Positions 1-8,838 of a stretch of DNA of 19,636 nt are shown here, one piece after another. The number at the start of each line of letters is the position of its first letter. The stretch's first letter is position 1. The stretch comes from Caedibacter taeniospiralis (GTDB taxonomy: Bacteria > Pseudomonadota > Gammaproteobacteria > Francisellales > Francisellaceae). Both the position numbers and the translations under genes were made by a program. The stretch spans positions 82,265 through 101,900 of the forward strand of contig NZ_PGGB02000004.1 of assembly GCF_002803295.2 (NCBI RefSeq), read 5' to 3'. The notes under the pieces were generated by a model. It did not search any database, was not told where the DNA came from, and saw only the letters and a program-made list of their open reading frames with translations.

Positions 1-2072
1 CTAAGACCAATTTCACGCGCAAGGCACACCACTTTGCGCGCCACATCCAAGCCAGATAAATCCTCACGTGGATCGGGCTCCGTATAACCCTTTTGATAAG
101 CCAGCATTAAACTTTCAACGAAACTTTTTCCACGATTAACCTCGTTAAAAATAAAACTCAATGTGCCTGAGAATACCCCTTGGATCTTAGTGATCTGATC
201 CCCTGTTTTTTGCATCATATCAATCGTGCTAATCAAGGGTAACCCAGCACAGACATTAGTTTCATACCTGAAACTCACATTATAGGCTTGTGCCGTTGCT
301 CTTAATTGGTGGTAATACGCCATCGACTGCGTATTGGCATATTTATTTGGTGTCACCACACTGATTCCTTGACTTAAGAATTTGACATAATTTTTGGCAA
401 TATCTGCACTTGCGGTGGCATCAACAACCACCTTATGCGCACACGAAATGGATTGTAAGTGTTTGATGAGTGCCTCAACATCTGCGGTCTTCTCGCTAGC
501 CTTTAGTGCTTCTAGGACATTTTCTTGCAATAACAGATTCTCAGCGCAAAGCAACTTGCTGGAATTCATTACCGAAACCAGGTCAAGATTTATACTTTTT
601 TGCGCAAGTGCTTCCTGCTGAGCTTGCAACTGCTTGATAAGACTCACGCCAATGCCACCTACACCGATGATGGCAACCGCCATATTCTGTGTGGGTGGAT
701 TTTTTGCCTGCTGATGAATTAAGTTTAATGCTAACTCTTCATCTTCTTGTTTGACCGTCACGGTAATGCTGCGCTCAGAAGAGCCCTGCGTGATCGCATG
801 AATATTGATCTTGGCATCGGCTAACGGCTTAATCACGCGCGCCAATGCTCCTGGCTGTGCTCTTAATCCATCACCTACTGCAGTGACCATGGCATAACCT
901 GTTTCACAATAGATATGCTCAATGTCGCCTCGCTCTATTTCTGCTTTGAAGTGACGCTCTAAGGCTCTTGTCGATTTTTTCGCGAATTTAGATTCTATGG
1001 CAAAGCAAATGGAATACTCCGAGCTTGATTGGGAAATCATCATGACCGAAACCTCATTTTGCTCAAGTACTGAGAATACCTTAGCTGCAATCCCAGAAAC
1101 TCCAATAATCCCCGCCCCTTGAACGCGCATTAAAGCCACATTGGAAATACTGGTTAGCCCTTTTATTAAGTATTGCGCAAGATTGCTTTGATCTAATTGT
1201 TTGATAATTTCTGTACCTGGTTTTTGAGGTTCATAGCTACTCTTGATTTCAATGGGAATCCCCATTTCCATCATGGGATTTATGGTCAATGGGTGCACAA
1301 CTGAGGCACCAAAGTACGCCAGCTCCAGCGCCTCCTTATAAGATAAATACTTTAATTGCCTGGCACCTTTAACCACTTCAGGGTTCGCACTATAAACCCC
1401 AGCAACATCAGTCCAGATCACCAACTTACTGGCATGCAGCAACTTCGCAAAAATAGCCGAAGAGTAATCACTGCAATTCATGCCTAAGATGCTACGCACA
1501 CCTTCCTGATTTTGCGCAATAAATCCCGTAATAATATAAATGATCTGATCCTTTTTAGTCATTCGTGCATCAATCGCCTGCTGGCTTTTTTGCCAATCAA
1601 CCACGATAGGTTTCTGGTTATCGTCAATAAACAAAACTTCTGAGGCATCAATGAATTCTGTCTCTAAACCACTCTCTTTCAGGGCAGCTGTGAGGATTTG
1701 TGCCGACCAAAGCTCCCCAAAACCCAAGATAAAATATTCAAGCGCCTCACCACAAATCCGACTGATGGAAATCGTCATAAACATTTGTTGAAGATGAGTT
1801 ATGTCTTCGCTAAATAAATCTACCAGTGTATTATTTTCAGAGCACAGCGCTTTTATCAGCCCCAAATGATGTTCACTCATTTGCACAAGCAACTTACTGC
1901 TATCTTTACCCTCCAAAGATAACTCGATTGCTTTTTTCAAGAAACTTGTGGTTTTACCACTGGCAGAGACAACAACGGACTGCGGTGTGGCACCAATAAT
2001 ATTCATGACACGTTGAATTTTTATTGCATCTGCAAGGCTACTTCCACCAAATTTATGCACCACATATCCCAT
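1..2072 (-). CDS. Bifunctional aspartokinase / homoserine dehydrogenase (ThrA/MetL type). First ~690 codons only; the 3' end lies beyond the window start.
   Basis: Not in the ORF track because it is open at the window edge. My translation from ATG (complement of 2070-2072) gives MGYVVHKFGGSSLADAIKIQRV. Later come the kinase blocks NCSDYSSAIFAKLL..IWTDVAGVYSANP and LELAYFGASVVHP, an ACT-like region, and a Rossmann motif VAIIGVGGIGVSL. The C-terminal-ward HSD block reads YTEPDPREDLSGLDVARKVVCLAREIGL at positions 3-90. I spot-checked the frame (codons on 3k..3k+2) and saw no stops. Confidence 0.85.
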   Translation of the reverse strand, partial: MGYVVHKFGGSSLADAIKIQRVMNIIGATPQSVVVSASGKTTSFLKKAIELSLEGKDSSKLLVQMSEHHLGLIKALCSENNTLVDLFSEDITHLQQMFMTISISRICGEALEYFILGFGELWSAQILTAALKESGLETEFIDASEVLFIDDNQKPIVVDWQKSQQAIDARMTKKDQIIYIITGFIAQNQEGVRSILGMNCSDYSSAIFAKLLHASKLVIWTDVAGVYSANPEVVKGARQLKYLSYKEALELAYFGASVVHPLTINPMMEMGIPIEIKSSYEPQKPGTEIIKQLDQSNLAQYLIKGLTSISNVALMRVQGAGIIGVSGIAAKVFSVLEQNEVSVMMISQSSSEYSICFAIESKFAKKSTRALERHFKAEIERGDIEHIYCETGYAMVTAVGDGLRAQPGALARVIKPLADAKINIHAITQGSSERSITVTVKQEDEELALNLIHQQAKNPPTQNMAVAIIGVGGIGVSLIKQLQAQQEALAQKSINLDLVSVMNSSKLLCAENLLLQENVLEALKASEKTADVEALIKHLQSISCAHKVVVDATASADIAKNYVKFLSQGISVVTPNKYANTQSMAYYHQLRATAQAYNVSFRYETNVCAGLPLISTIDMMQKTGDQITKIQGVFSGTLSFIFNEVNRGKSFVESLMLAYQKGYTEPDPREDLSGLDVARKVVCLAREIGL

Positions 2073-2168
2073 TTACTGCTCACCCTAGAAACTTGCCGTA
2101 AAGCCTCATTATATAAATATTTCCTGGCAAAACTCATTATAAAAGTTTAAAAATATGTATCCCTTTTA

Positions 2169-2197
2169 TTGTACATACTCAGTTTGGAGTATATACT
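2169..2197 (+). promoter_or_regulatory. Putative sigma70 promoter of vapBC (TTGTAC-17 nt-TATACT), overlapping an imperfect palindrome
   Basis: TTGTAC at 2169-2174, a 17-nt spacer, then TATACT at 2192-2197, about 35 nt upstream of vapB. GTACATACT..AGTATATAC forms an imperfect inverted repeat across the spacer, as expected for an autoregulated TA operator. Confidence 0.45.
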
Positions 2198-2230
2198 CAT
2201 GCGTGTGTACGTAATGATGGAGTGACAACA

Positions 2231-2458
2231 ATGATTGCAACAGTTTTTAAAAATGGGAATAGTCAAGCAGTGCGAATACCAAAGGCTTTACAGATTCACA
2301 CTAACAAGGTCGACATCACTAAAGTAGGTAGTGCATTAGTTATCAGAGAACTCCCTCAATCCTGGGATGAGGCATTTCAGTGCTTAAGTGAATTTGAAGA
2401 TTTCATGATTGAGGGAAAAAGTGATTTTCCTCCACAAACTCGAGAAGAATTTAAGTGA
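2231..2458 (+). CDS. vapB: VapB-type antitoxin (SpoVT/AbrB-like DNA-binding domain)
   Basis: The N-terminus MIATVFKNGNSQAVRIPKAL is the classical AbrB/MazE swapped-hairpin motif. GGAG at 2219-2222 lies 8 nt before ATG 2231, whereas the track ORF starts at GTG 2222. The stop overlaps the downstream PIN gene start (GTGA, 2455-2458). Confidence 0.85.
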   Translation: MIATVFKNGNSQAVRIPKALQIHTNKVDITKVGSALVIRELPQSWDEAFQCLSEFEDFMIEGKSDFPPQTREEFK

Positions 2459-2880
2459 TTAAATCAATGCTTGATACAAACATTTGTATTTTTATTATCA
2501 ATGAACGCCCTCCAATGGTGCTTGAAAGGCTAAAAGAATATAGATTCAACGAAATTGCCATATCTTCTATCGTCTACTCTGAACTAGCCTATGGCGCCTA
2601 CAAAAGCAAAAAAATAGATAAGAATATTGCAGCCCTTGCAGGTTTTGTTGCTCCACTATCAATCCTGAGCTTTGATAAAAACGCTGCCAACGAATATGGC
2701 ATCATACGATCCTCACTTGAATACCAAGGTCAGCTCATTGGGGCTAATGACCTATTGATAGCCGCACATGCAAAGAGCATGGATGTACCACTTATCACAA
2801 ATAACCTTAAGGAATTTAGCAGAGTTGAAGGACTAACGGTTATTGATTGGACCAAAACCACAACCCGCTCGAGAATTTAG
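2455..2880 (+). CDS. vapC: VapC-type PIN-domain toxin (ribonuclease)
   Basis: MLDTNICIF (first acidic PIN residue) near the N-terminus, a second acidic block SELAYG, and a C-terminal IGANDLLIAAHA..PLITNN. It is translationally coupled to vapB. The start is either GTG 2455 or ATG 2467. Confidence 0.85.
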   Translation: MIKSMLDTNICIFIINERPPMVLERLKEYRFNEIAISSIVYSELAYGAYKSKKIDKNIAALAGFVAPLSILSFDKNAANEYGIIRSSLEYQGQLIGANDLLIAAHAKSMDVPLITNNLKEFSRVEGLTVIDWTKTTTRSRI

Positions 2881-3045
2881 CGACTTTGGGGCAACTTTCA
2901 TTCTCACCAGTGGACACACACAATGAAAGCAGATGTTGCACGCGCTTGATCGTCCACAACCCCCCTCTTCATTCCAACAAATCGCATTGATCAAACCCGT
3001 GCTGAATGGTTGTAATCTATCCACTAAGCGCAAACCTTCGCAGGT

Positions 3046-3927
3046 TTAGAAAGTATAGGAAACCCCCATCTGGAAGGTGTTCACTGAGAGGACCTTAGAG
3101 TTTGAGAAAAGGTGATCATACTCAAGATTTAAGCCAATTCCATTGGTAAATAAATAGCCAACTTCAGTGCCGATGCGTGGTGCGACACTACTGCCAATAC
3201 TATTGCTTGGCTGACCAGAAGGAGTGGATTGACTGTTTTTGACATAGGCAACCCCCGCTTTTCCTGTCAGGTTAAAGCCTGACTGGAACAGATATTTTAC
3301 TCGAAGCATGGTATTAATATCCCAGCTTTTGTAATCAACCGCATCCTTTGAGACTTTCCCATCATAGTTAAAGCCCAGTTCAAAACCTGCTAAAAACCCT
3401 TTGTTAAAGTGCCAGTCGTAACCCGCTCTTAAGCCACCTGAAGCAGAGATTCCCTTGCTGGTAATATTAGAACCTCCTACGGATGCCCCCATGAAGAACC
3501 CCTCAAATTCATATGCTAGAATTGTTGGAGAAGGCTCTACTTTGCTATAGTTAAACTGATCTGGGAAAGTCAGATCGTAAATAAGCTTTTTGCTCTTAGG
3601 ATGGTAAATTTTAACGTGAGTCGATGCCTGATTAATCACAACATAGCCTTGATCCAATGAAATGACCGGGGCATCACTATAGCCTAACTGGTCCACTAAA
3701 ATAATGGGCATATTGTTGCCTGTTACAGTTGGTGGGAATTTGATGTAGGTTTTATTTTGATCTACAAAGCCAAGCATGGGCTTGTAGGTTGAGTCTGAAG
3801 AGATCGTTTTGATATCAAAGTTAAAGTTAGTTGAAGGCAATGAAACCTCATCTGCAATAGCGATCGAAGTAAGACAACTCACGATTAATATTGGACCCAG
3901 AAGCTTGTTTTTCCACATAATATTCAT
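3046..3927 (-). CDS. Outer-membrane protein: signal peptide, N-terminal soluble domain, and a C-terminal 8-stranded OmpA/OmpW-like beta-barrel
   Basis: The track ORF runs to 4107, but that extension overlaps the DUF378 gene. An internal ATG at 3927 gives MNIMWKNKLLGPILIVSCLTSIAIA|DEV, a typical Sec signal. The C-terminal ~150 aa show alternating hydrophobic/G-rich strands (GGLRAGYDWHF, LAGFELGFNYD, LTGKAGVAYV, IGTEVGYLF, GLNLEYDHLF) and end in the OMP signature ...QMGVSYTF. Confidence 0.75.
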   Translation of the reverse strand: MNIMWKNKLLGPILIVSCLTSIAIADEVSLPSTNFNFDIKTISSDSTYKPMLGFVDQNKTYIKFPPTVTGNNMPIILVDQLGYSDAPVISLDQGYVVINQASTHVKIYHPKSKKLIYDLTFPDQFNYSKVEPSPTILAYEFEGFFMGASVGGSNITSKGISASGGLRAGYDWHFNKGFLAGFELGFNYDGKVSKDAVDYKSWDINTMLRVKYLFQSGFNLTGKAGVAYVKNSQSTPSGQPSNSIGSSVAPRIGTEVGYLFTNGIGLNLEYDHLFSNSKVLSVNTFQMGVSYTF

Positions 3928-4022
3928 TCCATGCAAAAGATGATAAAGCAATGCCAGAGAGTATAAACAGAATAGATAGCAAGCGAAAGATTTTTTGCCC
4001 CTGCGCGAAAGATTTTTCGCCA

Positions 4023-4223
4023 CTACTTGGTTGTGTAAATTTGCTTTAATAGACTTAAGCAATATAAAGATGACAAGCCAATGACAACATAAGTTACTTT
4101 TTGCCATGTCGCTGAATCACTAAAAACGCTGGTGATAAGGTTAAAATTAAACACAGCTGAAATGAACCAGTTAAATCCACCGATGATAGTGAGAAGCAGC
4201 GCCAATGTATTGAGAAAACGCAT
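4023..4223 (-). CDS. DUF378 family small membrane protein
   Basis: 66 aa with two TM segments. LLLTIIGGFNW...FNFNLI...VVIGLSSLYCL matches the DUF378 pattern (IIGGLNWGLVG..FDLV..VGLAAL) as I recall it. Confidence 0.75.
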   Translation of the reverse strand: MRFLNTLALLLTIIGGFNWFISAVFNFNLITSVFSDSATWQKVTYVVIGLSSLYCLSLLKQIYTTK

Positions 4224-4326
4224 ATTTTTTCCTTGGTTTTTAAGTTGATAAACGCATACGTTCTTAGAGAACGTACGCCTGCGATTTTAATGCAAGCGAC
4301 CGATAAAAAATAGCTGTTTACTGCTT

Positions 4327-5679
4327 TTAATCGTTGTGTAGCTTGGCAAACAAATCATGCTCATTAGCATCAGTGATGGTAACATTGACAAATAAGCCTT
4401 TGGCGATTGAACCGTTATGGCTATTGATGTTTTCAATAATGACTACACCATCGACTTCAGGAGCATCATATTGTGTTCGCGCCAGAGCAATATTTTCATC
4501 CGTGCGTATTTCATCAATAATCACTTTTTGTGTCGTGCCAATATGTCGCTTTAAACGCCTGGCACTGATGCGTGATTGTATCACCATAAAGCGCTCCAGG
4601 CGCTCTTGCTTAAGCTCTTTAGAAACCAGATTGGGGAAGCTATTGGCCTTGGCTCCTTCCACTTCAGAATAAGTAAAACAGCCAACCCGATCAAGCTCGG
4701 CTTCTTTGAGAAAGTTAAGCAGTTCAGTAAAATCTTCCTCGGTTTCACCAGGAAAGCCAATAATAAACGTGCTGCGAATCGTTAAATCAGGACATATTGT
4801 GCGCCAACGCTTAATCGCTTCCAGCGTATTAGTAGCATTGGCGGGGCGCTTCATCAGTTTCAAGATGCGTGCTGAGGCATGTTGAAAAGGAATATCCAGA
4901 TAAGGTGTAATTTTGCCTTCTGCCATCAGCGGAATAACCTTATCGACATGTGGATAAGGATAAACATAGTGCATACGCACCCAGACGCCCAATGTCGAGA
5001 GCGCCTCTGCCAAATCAATAAAACGGCTTTGATAAACCTGGTTATTCCATTGGGCTTCGGCGTATTTAATATCAACACCATACGCACTTGTGTCTTGTGA
5101 GATCACAAGGAGCTCCTTAACGCCTGCATTGACAAGGCGTTTTGCCTCAAGCATCACATCATCAATTTTGCGTGAGTTTAATTTGCCACGAATATCGGGA
5201 ATAATGCAAAAGGTGCAGCTGTTATTGCAACCTTCAGAAATTTTAAGATAGGCATAATGGCGTGGTGTGAGCTTAATGCCCTGGGCGGGGATTAATGAAG
5301 TAAAGGCATGATGTTCAATGGGCAGATTTTCATGTACTGCTTTGACCAGATTTTCATAGTCTTGAGGTCCTGAAATGCCAAGGACATTGGGGTATTTTTC
5401 TAAGATCATCTCTGACTTTTTACCCAAACATCCTGTAACCAGTACTTTGCCGTTCTCATCCAAAGCCTCACCAATCGCTTCTAAGGACTCTTCAATTGCG
5501 GAATTTAAAAAACCGCAGGTATTAACAACCACTAAATCAGCATGGCTATAATCAGCGGCAATTTCATAACCATCTGTTTTTAGTTTTGTAATAATGCGTT
5601 CAGAGTCAACTAAATTTTTAGGACAGCCAAGACTTACAAAGCCTATTTTTGGGGCGTTTATCTGCATAATGATACTCAT
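4327..5679 (-). CDS. rimO: Ribosomal protein S12 (D88) methylthiotransferase RimO
   Basis: [32 protein letters not shown] (UPF0004 domain). A radical-SAM CxxxCxxC site ([13 protein letters not shown]). A C-terminal TRAM-like domain. Closely matches E. coli RimO from memory. Confidence 0.9.
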   Translation of the reverse strand: MSIIMQINAPKIGFVSLGCPKNLVDSERIITKLKTDGYEIAADYSHADLVVVNTCGFLNSAIEESLEAIGEALDENGKVLVTGCLGKKSEMILEKYPNVLGISGPQDYENLVKAVHENLPIEHHAFTSLIPAQGIKLTPRHYAYLKISEGCNNSCTFCIIPDIRGKLNSRKIDDVMLEAKRLVNAGVKELLVISQDTSAYGVDIKYAEAQWNNQVYQSRFIDLAEALSTLGVWVRMHYVYPYPHVDKVIPLMAEGKITPYLDIPFQHASARILKLMKRPANATNTLEAIKRWRTICPDLTIRSTFIIGFPGETEEDFTELLNFLKEAELDRVGCFTYSEVEGAKANSFPNLVSKELKQERLERFMVIQSRISARRLKRHIGTTQKVIIDEIRTDENIALARTQYDAPEVDGVVIIENINSHNGSIAKGLFVNVTITDANEHDLFAKLHND

Positions 5680-5688
5680 GGGTTAATT

Positions 5689-6501
5689 TTATCTGCGGTA
5701 TTGTAACTGGAATGGATTTTGATCAAAACAAATATTTTTAAAAGATTCATGATCAAGCTCAACATATAGAATATGCTCACCCGTTTCAACGTGATTGACG
5801 ACTTGTCCCTTATTGTCAATCGCCATGCTGTTACCATAAAATAGCATGTCAGCATCTTCATGTACGCCACTTTGATTTGCTGCAAGAATCATCGTGCTAT
5901 TTTCAAGTGCTCGTGATTTTAACAGCAGTGACCAGGCGTGAGTCCCTATATCACTACTAAAGGCGGCACTTAAGACAAAAATGTCGGCGCCTTGCTTTTT
6001 TAAGTAGCGAAAAACCTCAGGCGAAAACAGATCATAGGTCGAGGTTAAACCCAGGTTGGCAAATGGTGTCTCAATGACTTTGACTACTTCACCGTACTCT
6101 TGATCCTGAAGGAGACTATGCGTCGATTGGAAGGCATAAGGCAAGGCAGGTTGTAAGTGGTAATAGACTTCATGTAGCGCTCCTAAAGCATCATAAACAA
6201 CGCTGGACAAGTAATACTTTTGCTTACTGTATTCAGAAACGATGGGAACGCCGCTGGCAATAATCCAGATTTGATTTTCCTGACTCAACTTTTGCAAGTA
6301 ATCCTGAATACGACCTTCGCCTAAAATCTCTTTGTTAATCTCATAATCAGATGCGTTGAGCGAAAAAAGTGCGCATCTGTCGGGAAAAATAATGAGCTTA
6401 GCACCATTTTGAGCTGCTTTTTCAACCATACGCTTTAGGCAAAGTAAGTTCACTCCAACCGCCAGGCACGCATTTATCTGAGCTATTGCTACCTTTGCCA
6501 T
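5689..6501 (-). CDS. Carbon-nitrogen hydrolase (nitrilase superfamily) homologue with non-canonical catalytic positions
   Basis: Family blocks are recognisable: VAIAQIN, GAKLIIFPD, NLGLTSTYDLFSPEVF, RALENSTMILAANQSG. The preferred start is ATG 6501 (MAKVAIAQ), with AGGGG 6 nt upstream; the track ORF extends to 6555. It ends 10 nt from the rimO start. See the finding on the triad. Confidence 0.7.
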   Translation of the reverse strand: MAKVAIAQINACLAVGVNLLCLKRMVEKAAQNGAKLIIFPDRCALFSLNASDYEINKEILGEGRIQDYLQKLSQENQIWIIASGVPIVSEYSKQKYYLSSVVYDALGALHEVYYHLQPALPYAFQSTHSLLQDQEYGEVVKVIETPFANLGLTSTYDLFSPEVFRYLKKQGADIFVLSAAFSSDIGTHAWSLLLKSRALENSTMILAANQSGVHEDADMLFYGNSMAIDNKGQVVNHVETGEHILYVELDHESFKNICFDQNPFQLQYRR

Positions 6502-6669
6502 TGCACCCCTCATTTGTCCTGATCCGCTGAGGTCATTAGTATATAACTCCATCAAGCAACAATAAAGAGGTTACGCGATAGGGTTTTTGATATTTTAGGG
6601 TTTTCCATAAAAAAGCTAAAAACAGGTGGAGTATTTTGTTATGCTGCATATACTGAGGATAGGTAAGGT

Positions 6670-6723
6670 GTTAGCCGCACTGGAAGCATAGGGCTAACAG
6701 AGGGCAAAAGCCATGCGGCTAAC
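6670..6723 (+). promoter_or_regulatory. Structured 5' leader upstream of ORF 6744 (10-bp stem with an internal competitor copy)
   Basis: GTTAGCCGCA (6670-6679) is the exact reverse complement of TGCGGCTAAC (6714-6723). A second GGCTAAC at 6692-6698 could pair with the same 5' arm instead. The AGGAGG Shine-Dalgarno at 6732-6737 follows directly. Confidence 0.3.
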
Positions 6724-6743
6724 CAAGAACAGGAGGATGCGCT

Positions 6744-7190
6744 ATGACTACGTCACTTGATCAATTATTTACCAAACAACAACGCATTCAATTCGACAGC
6801 TGTTGCCAATACTATGAGTTAGCCTTGTCTTATTTTGGATACAACGTGCAAGCTCAGTGCTGCATTGATGATAAGAAAAAAATCGTGCTTTATGCGGTCA
6901 ATGTTTTTTATCAAGGTCAGCAGCATCAGGTGTTTACAGCTTTAACCTTAGAAGAATTCTATAAAAAAATGGAGTTAGTTTATCAGCTTTATCTTTACGC
7001 TAAGGATCATCAAACTGATCTAGATGAAGCATTGGATTATTACCTTGATGAGTATCAGCAGTTTATCGCGATCCAAGGTGAGATAGATGATCTGCTAAAT
7101 TGGCAGGATTTTGTCGATGAAGAACTCAGTAAGACGAGTCCCTATAGCTATGATATGGTACTAAGTAGTGAAAACAGGACATTGCACTAA
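6744..7190 (+). CDS. Hypothetical acidic protein (148 aa)
   Basis: A strong AGGAGG lies 6 nt upstream of the ATG, and the ORF is clean. I recognise no family. It is rich in Q/D/E/Y, with two CC pairs near the N-terminus. Confidence 0.6.
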   Translation: MTTSLDQLFTKQQRIQFDSCCQYYELALSYFGYNVQAQCCIDDKKKIVLYAVNVFYQGQQHQVFTALTLEEFYKKMELVYQLYLYAKDHQTDLDEALDYYLDEYQQFIAIQGEIDDLLNWQDFVDEELSKTSPYSYDMVLSSENRTLH

Positions 7191-7233
7191 GGTTGCTGAA
7201 TAAGAAATAGGGATGATTTGAGTTTATAAGTTT

Positions 7234-8436
7234 CTAAAGTCTAGGAAGCGCATTAAGTAATGTCAGTATCTCAAGCAAAATCATAGCCCCAGCGATCAAT
7301 AAAACCATTCCAAGATAGACCTTACTTAGGAGGTGATTCTTATTTTGTCGCCCACGAATAACCCAAGCCATTGCCGCAGGTAAGCCAATGAGTAAAATGG
7401 CGACAAAAATGCTGGCATAACCTAGCGCAATGATAAAGCCCTTGGGATATAAAACTGCAAATAAGAAAGGGGGTAGAAAAGTAATCATAAATGCGGCACC
7501 TTTATCGAGGTGTGTCAGTCGTTGTAGCCGATACGTATCGCGATTAAAGTCAAACAGTCCAAGGGTGACACCCAAAAACGAGGTGGTAATTGCAACCGAT
7601 TCAAACAAATAAGCAAAACTACCGACGTGGGCACTGTGGTAACTTCCCACAATTCCTGAGCTAGTATTCCCATTTTGAATAATACCTTGAAAACCATCAG
7701 CACCATAAACAGGGATGGAACCCAAGGTGCAAATTATCCAAATTAAGTAAATCACCAGTGGGATGAGGCTTCCAAAAATAATGGCGTTACGTAAAGTCTT
7801 TCGATCAGATTTAACATAAGTGCGCAAGGTTGGGATAATGTGGTGAAAGCCAAAAGAAGTAATCAAAATGGGAAACGTAATCCACACAAAGTTCGATGAA
7901 CGAGTTTCTGTGCTCAAGAGTACTTGCTGAACGCTGGGGATTATCGCAACAACAAAAGCGAAAAAAGCTAGAAATTTAACCAGCATCAATACCTTATTAG
8001 CATGATCTACGGCGCGTGTGCCAATATAAACAAAGAAACCCAGAACTAAGATAAACAAAGCACTGTTAAGCGTGTCAGGTAAATATATATCGAGTTTGTC
8101 AAGTCCCCCGGCAACGAGATTCCCTCCACCTGCACTATAAGCAGCAGTAAGGGAGTAAAGGAGTAAGAGATAGGAAATCAAGGTGATGATCTGACCACGC
8201 TTACCCAGGGTTGACTGCGCCATACGACTGAAGTTAGTGCCATCAGGCATTGACATGTTGACTTCCGCTAATAGCAATGCCGTAAGCATCATCACAAACC
8301 AGACAATGACTAAAAGCAGACTTGCAAGCCAAAAACCACAAGCAGCAACTGTGGCTGGAATGGCTAACATTCCTGCACCGACACTGGTGCCAGTGATAAT
8401 CATTGCTGCACCAAAACCTCGAGAAGACAGCCACAT
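7234..8436 (-). CDS. Aromatic amino acid (Tyr/Trp) permease, HAAAP family (TyrP/Mtr/TnaB-like)
   Basis: 400 aa with about 11 TM segments. The N-terminal ITGTSVGAGMLAIPATVAACGF corresponds to the TyrP/Mtr signature (AGTTIGAGMLAMP). Confidence 0.8.
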   Translation of the reverse strand: MWLSSRGFGAAMIITGTSVGAGMLAIPATVAACGFWLASLLLVIVWFVMMLTALLLAEVNMSMPDGTNFSRMAQSTLGKRGQIITLISYLLLLYSLTAAYSAGGGNLVAGGLDKLDIYLPDTLNSALFILVLGFFVYIGTRAVDHANKVLMLVKFLAFFAFVVAIIPSVQQVLLSTETRSSNFVWITFPILITSFGFHHIIPTLRTYVKSDRKTLRNAIIFGSLIPLVIYLIWIICTLGSIPVYGADGFQGIIQNGNTSSGIVGSYHSAHVGSFAYLFESVAITTSFLGVTLGLFDFNRDTYRLQRLTHLDKGAAFMITFLPPFLFAVLYPKGFIIALGYASIFVAILLIGLPAAMAWVIRGRQNKNHLLSKVYLGMVLLIAGAMILLEILTLLNALPRL

Positions 8437-8502
8437 AAGGCGTTAATCCTTTAATTTGTTTGGTGAGCATTGTAGCGATGAATGGTGAGCTCGACAATAA
8501 CG

Positions 8503-8823
8503 TTAGCTCATCAGTTGAAATGTAAAAACACAGTAAGACATGACTTTCCCATGGTGAAAACTAACTCCCTCAGCTTGAAGATATGCGATTTTCTGGTCAA
8601 TTTTATCCCCACGGGTATGCCCATTGTAACCCCCAATAGACAAGTCAGATTTTACCACTCTGTGGCAAGGCACCTCTGGAGCATTGAGATTTCGCTTAAG
8701 CGCCTGACCAATGGCTTGAGCACTGTTACAGCTTATGTATCGTGCAAGATGTTTATAGGTAGTGACCTTACCTTTTGGTATCAGCATTAAAGCCGAGTAA
8801 ACCCGCTGTTGAAACTCTGTCAT
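8503..8823 (-). CDS. Single-domain methylated-DNA-protein-cysteine methyltransferase (MGMT/Ogt C-terminal domain only)
   Basis: VYSALMLIPKGKVTTYKHLA (HTH) is followed by an intact acceptor motif PCHRVV. At 106 aa it has no N-terminal Ada/Ogt domain. Confidence 0.8.
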   Translation of the reverse strand: MTEFQQRVYSALMLIPKGKVTTYKHLARYISCNSAQAIGQALKRNLNAPEVPCHRVVKSDLSIGGYNGHTRGDKIDQKIAYLQAEGVSFHHGKVMSYCVFTFQLMS

Positions 8824-8838
8824 TACGCTTACATCCTA

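Noticed and set aside
2833-3033. 66-aa minus-strand ORF between vapC and the OMP gene
   Set aside because: It overlaps the vapC 3' end. It is Cys/Arg-rich, has no SD and no recognisable family. Likely non-coding.
3032-3047. Hairpin AAACCT-TCGC-AGGTTT at the OMP stop codon as a bidirectional terminator
   Set aside because: It is a 6-bp stem with no T-tract on either strand, and it overlaps the stop codon.
3928-4107. N-terminal 60-aa extension of the OMP ORF
   Set aside because: It overlaps the well-supported DUF378 gene (4023-4223) in another frame. The internal ATG at 3927 gives a textbook signal peptide.
4258-4274. Hairpin ACGTTCT-TAG-AGAACGT downstream of rimO as a terminator
   Set aside because: It is only a 7-bp stem without a following U-run on the minus strand. 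The evidence is insufficient.
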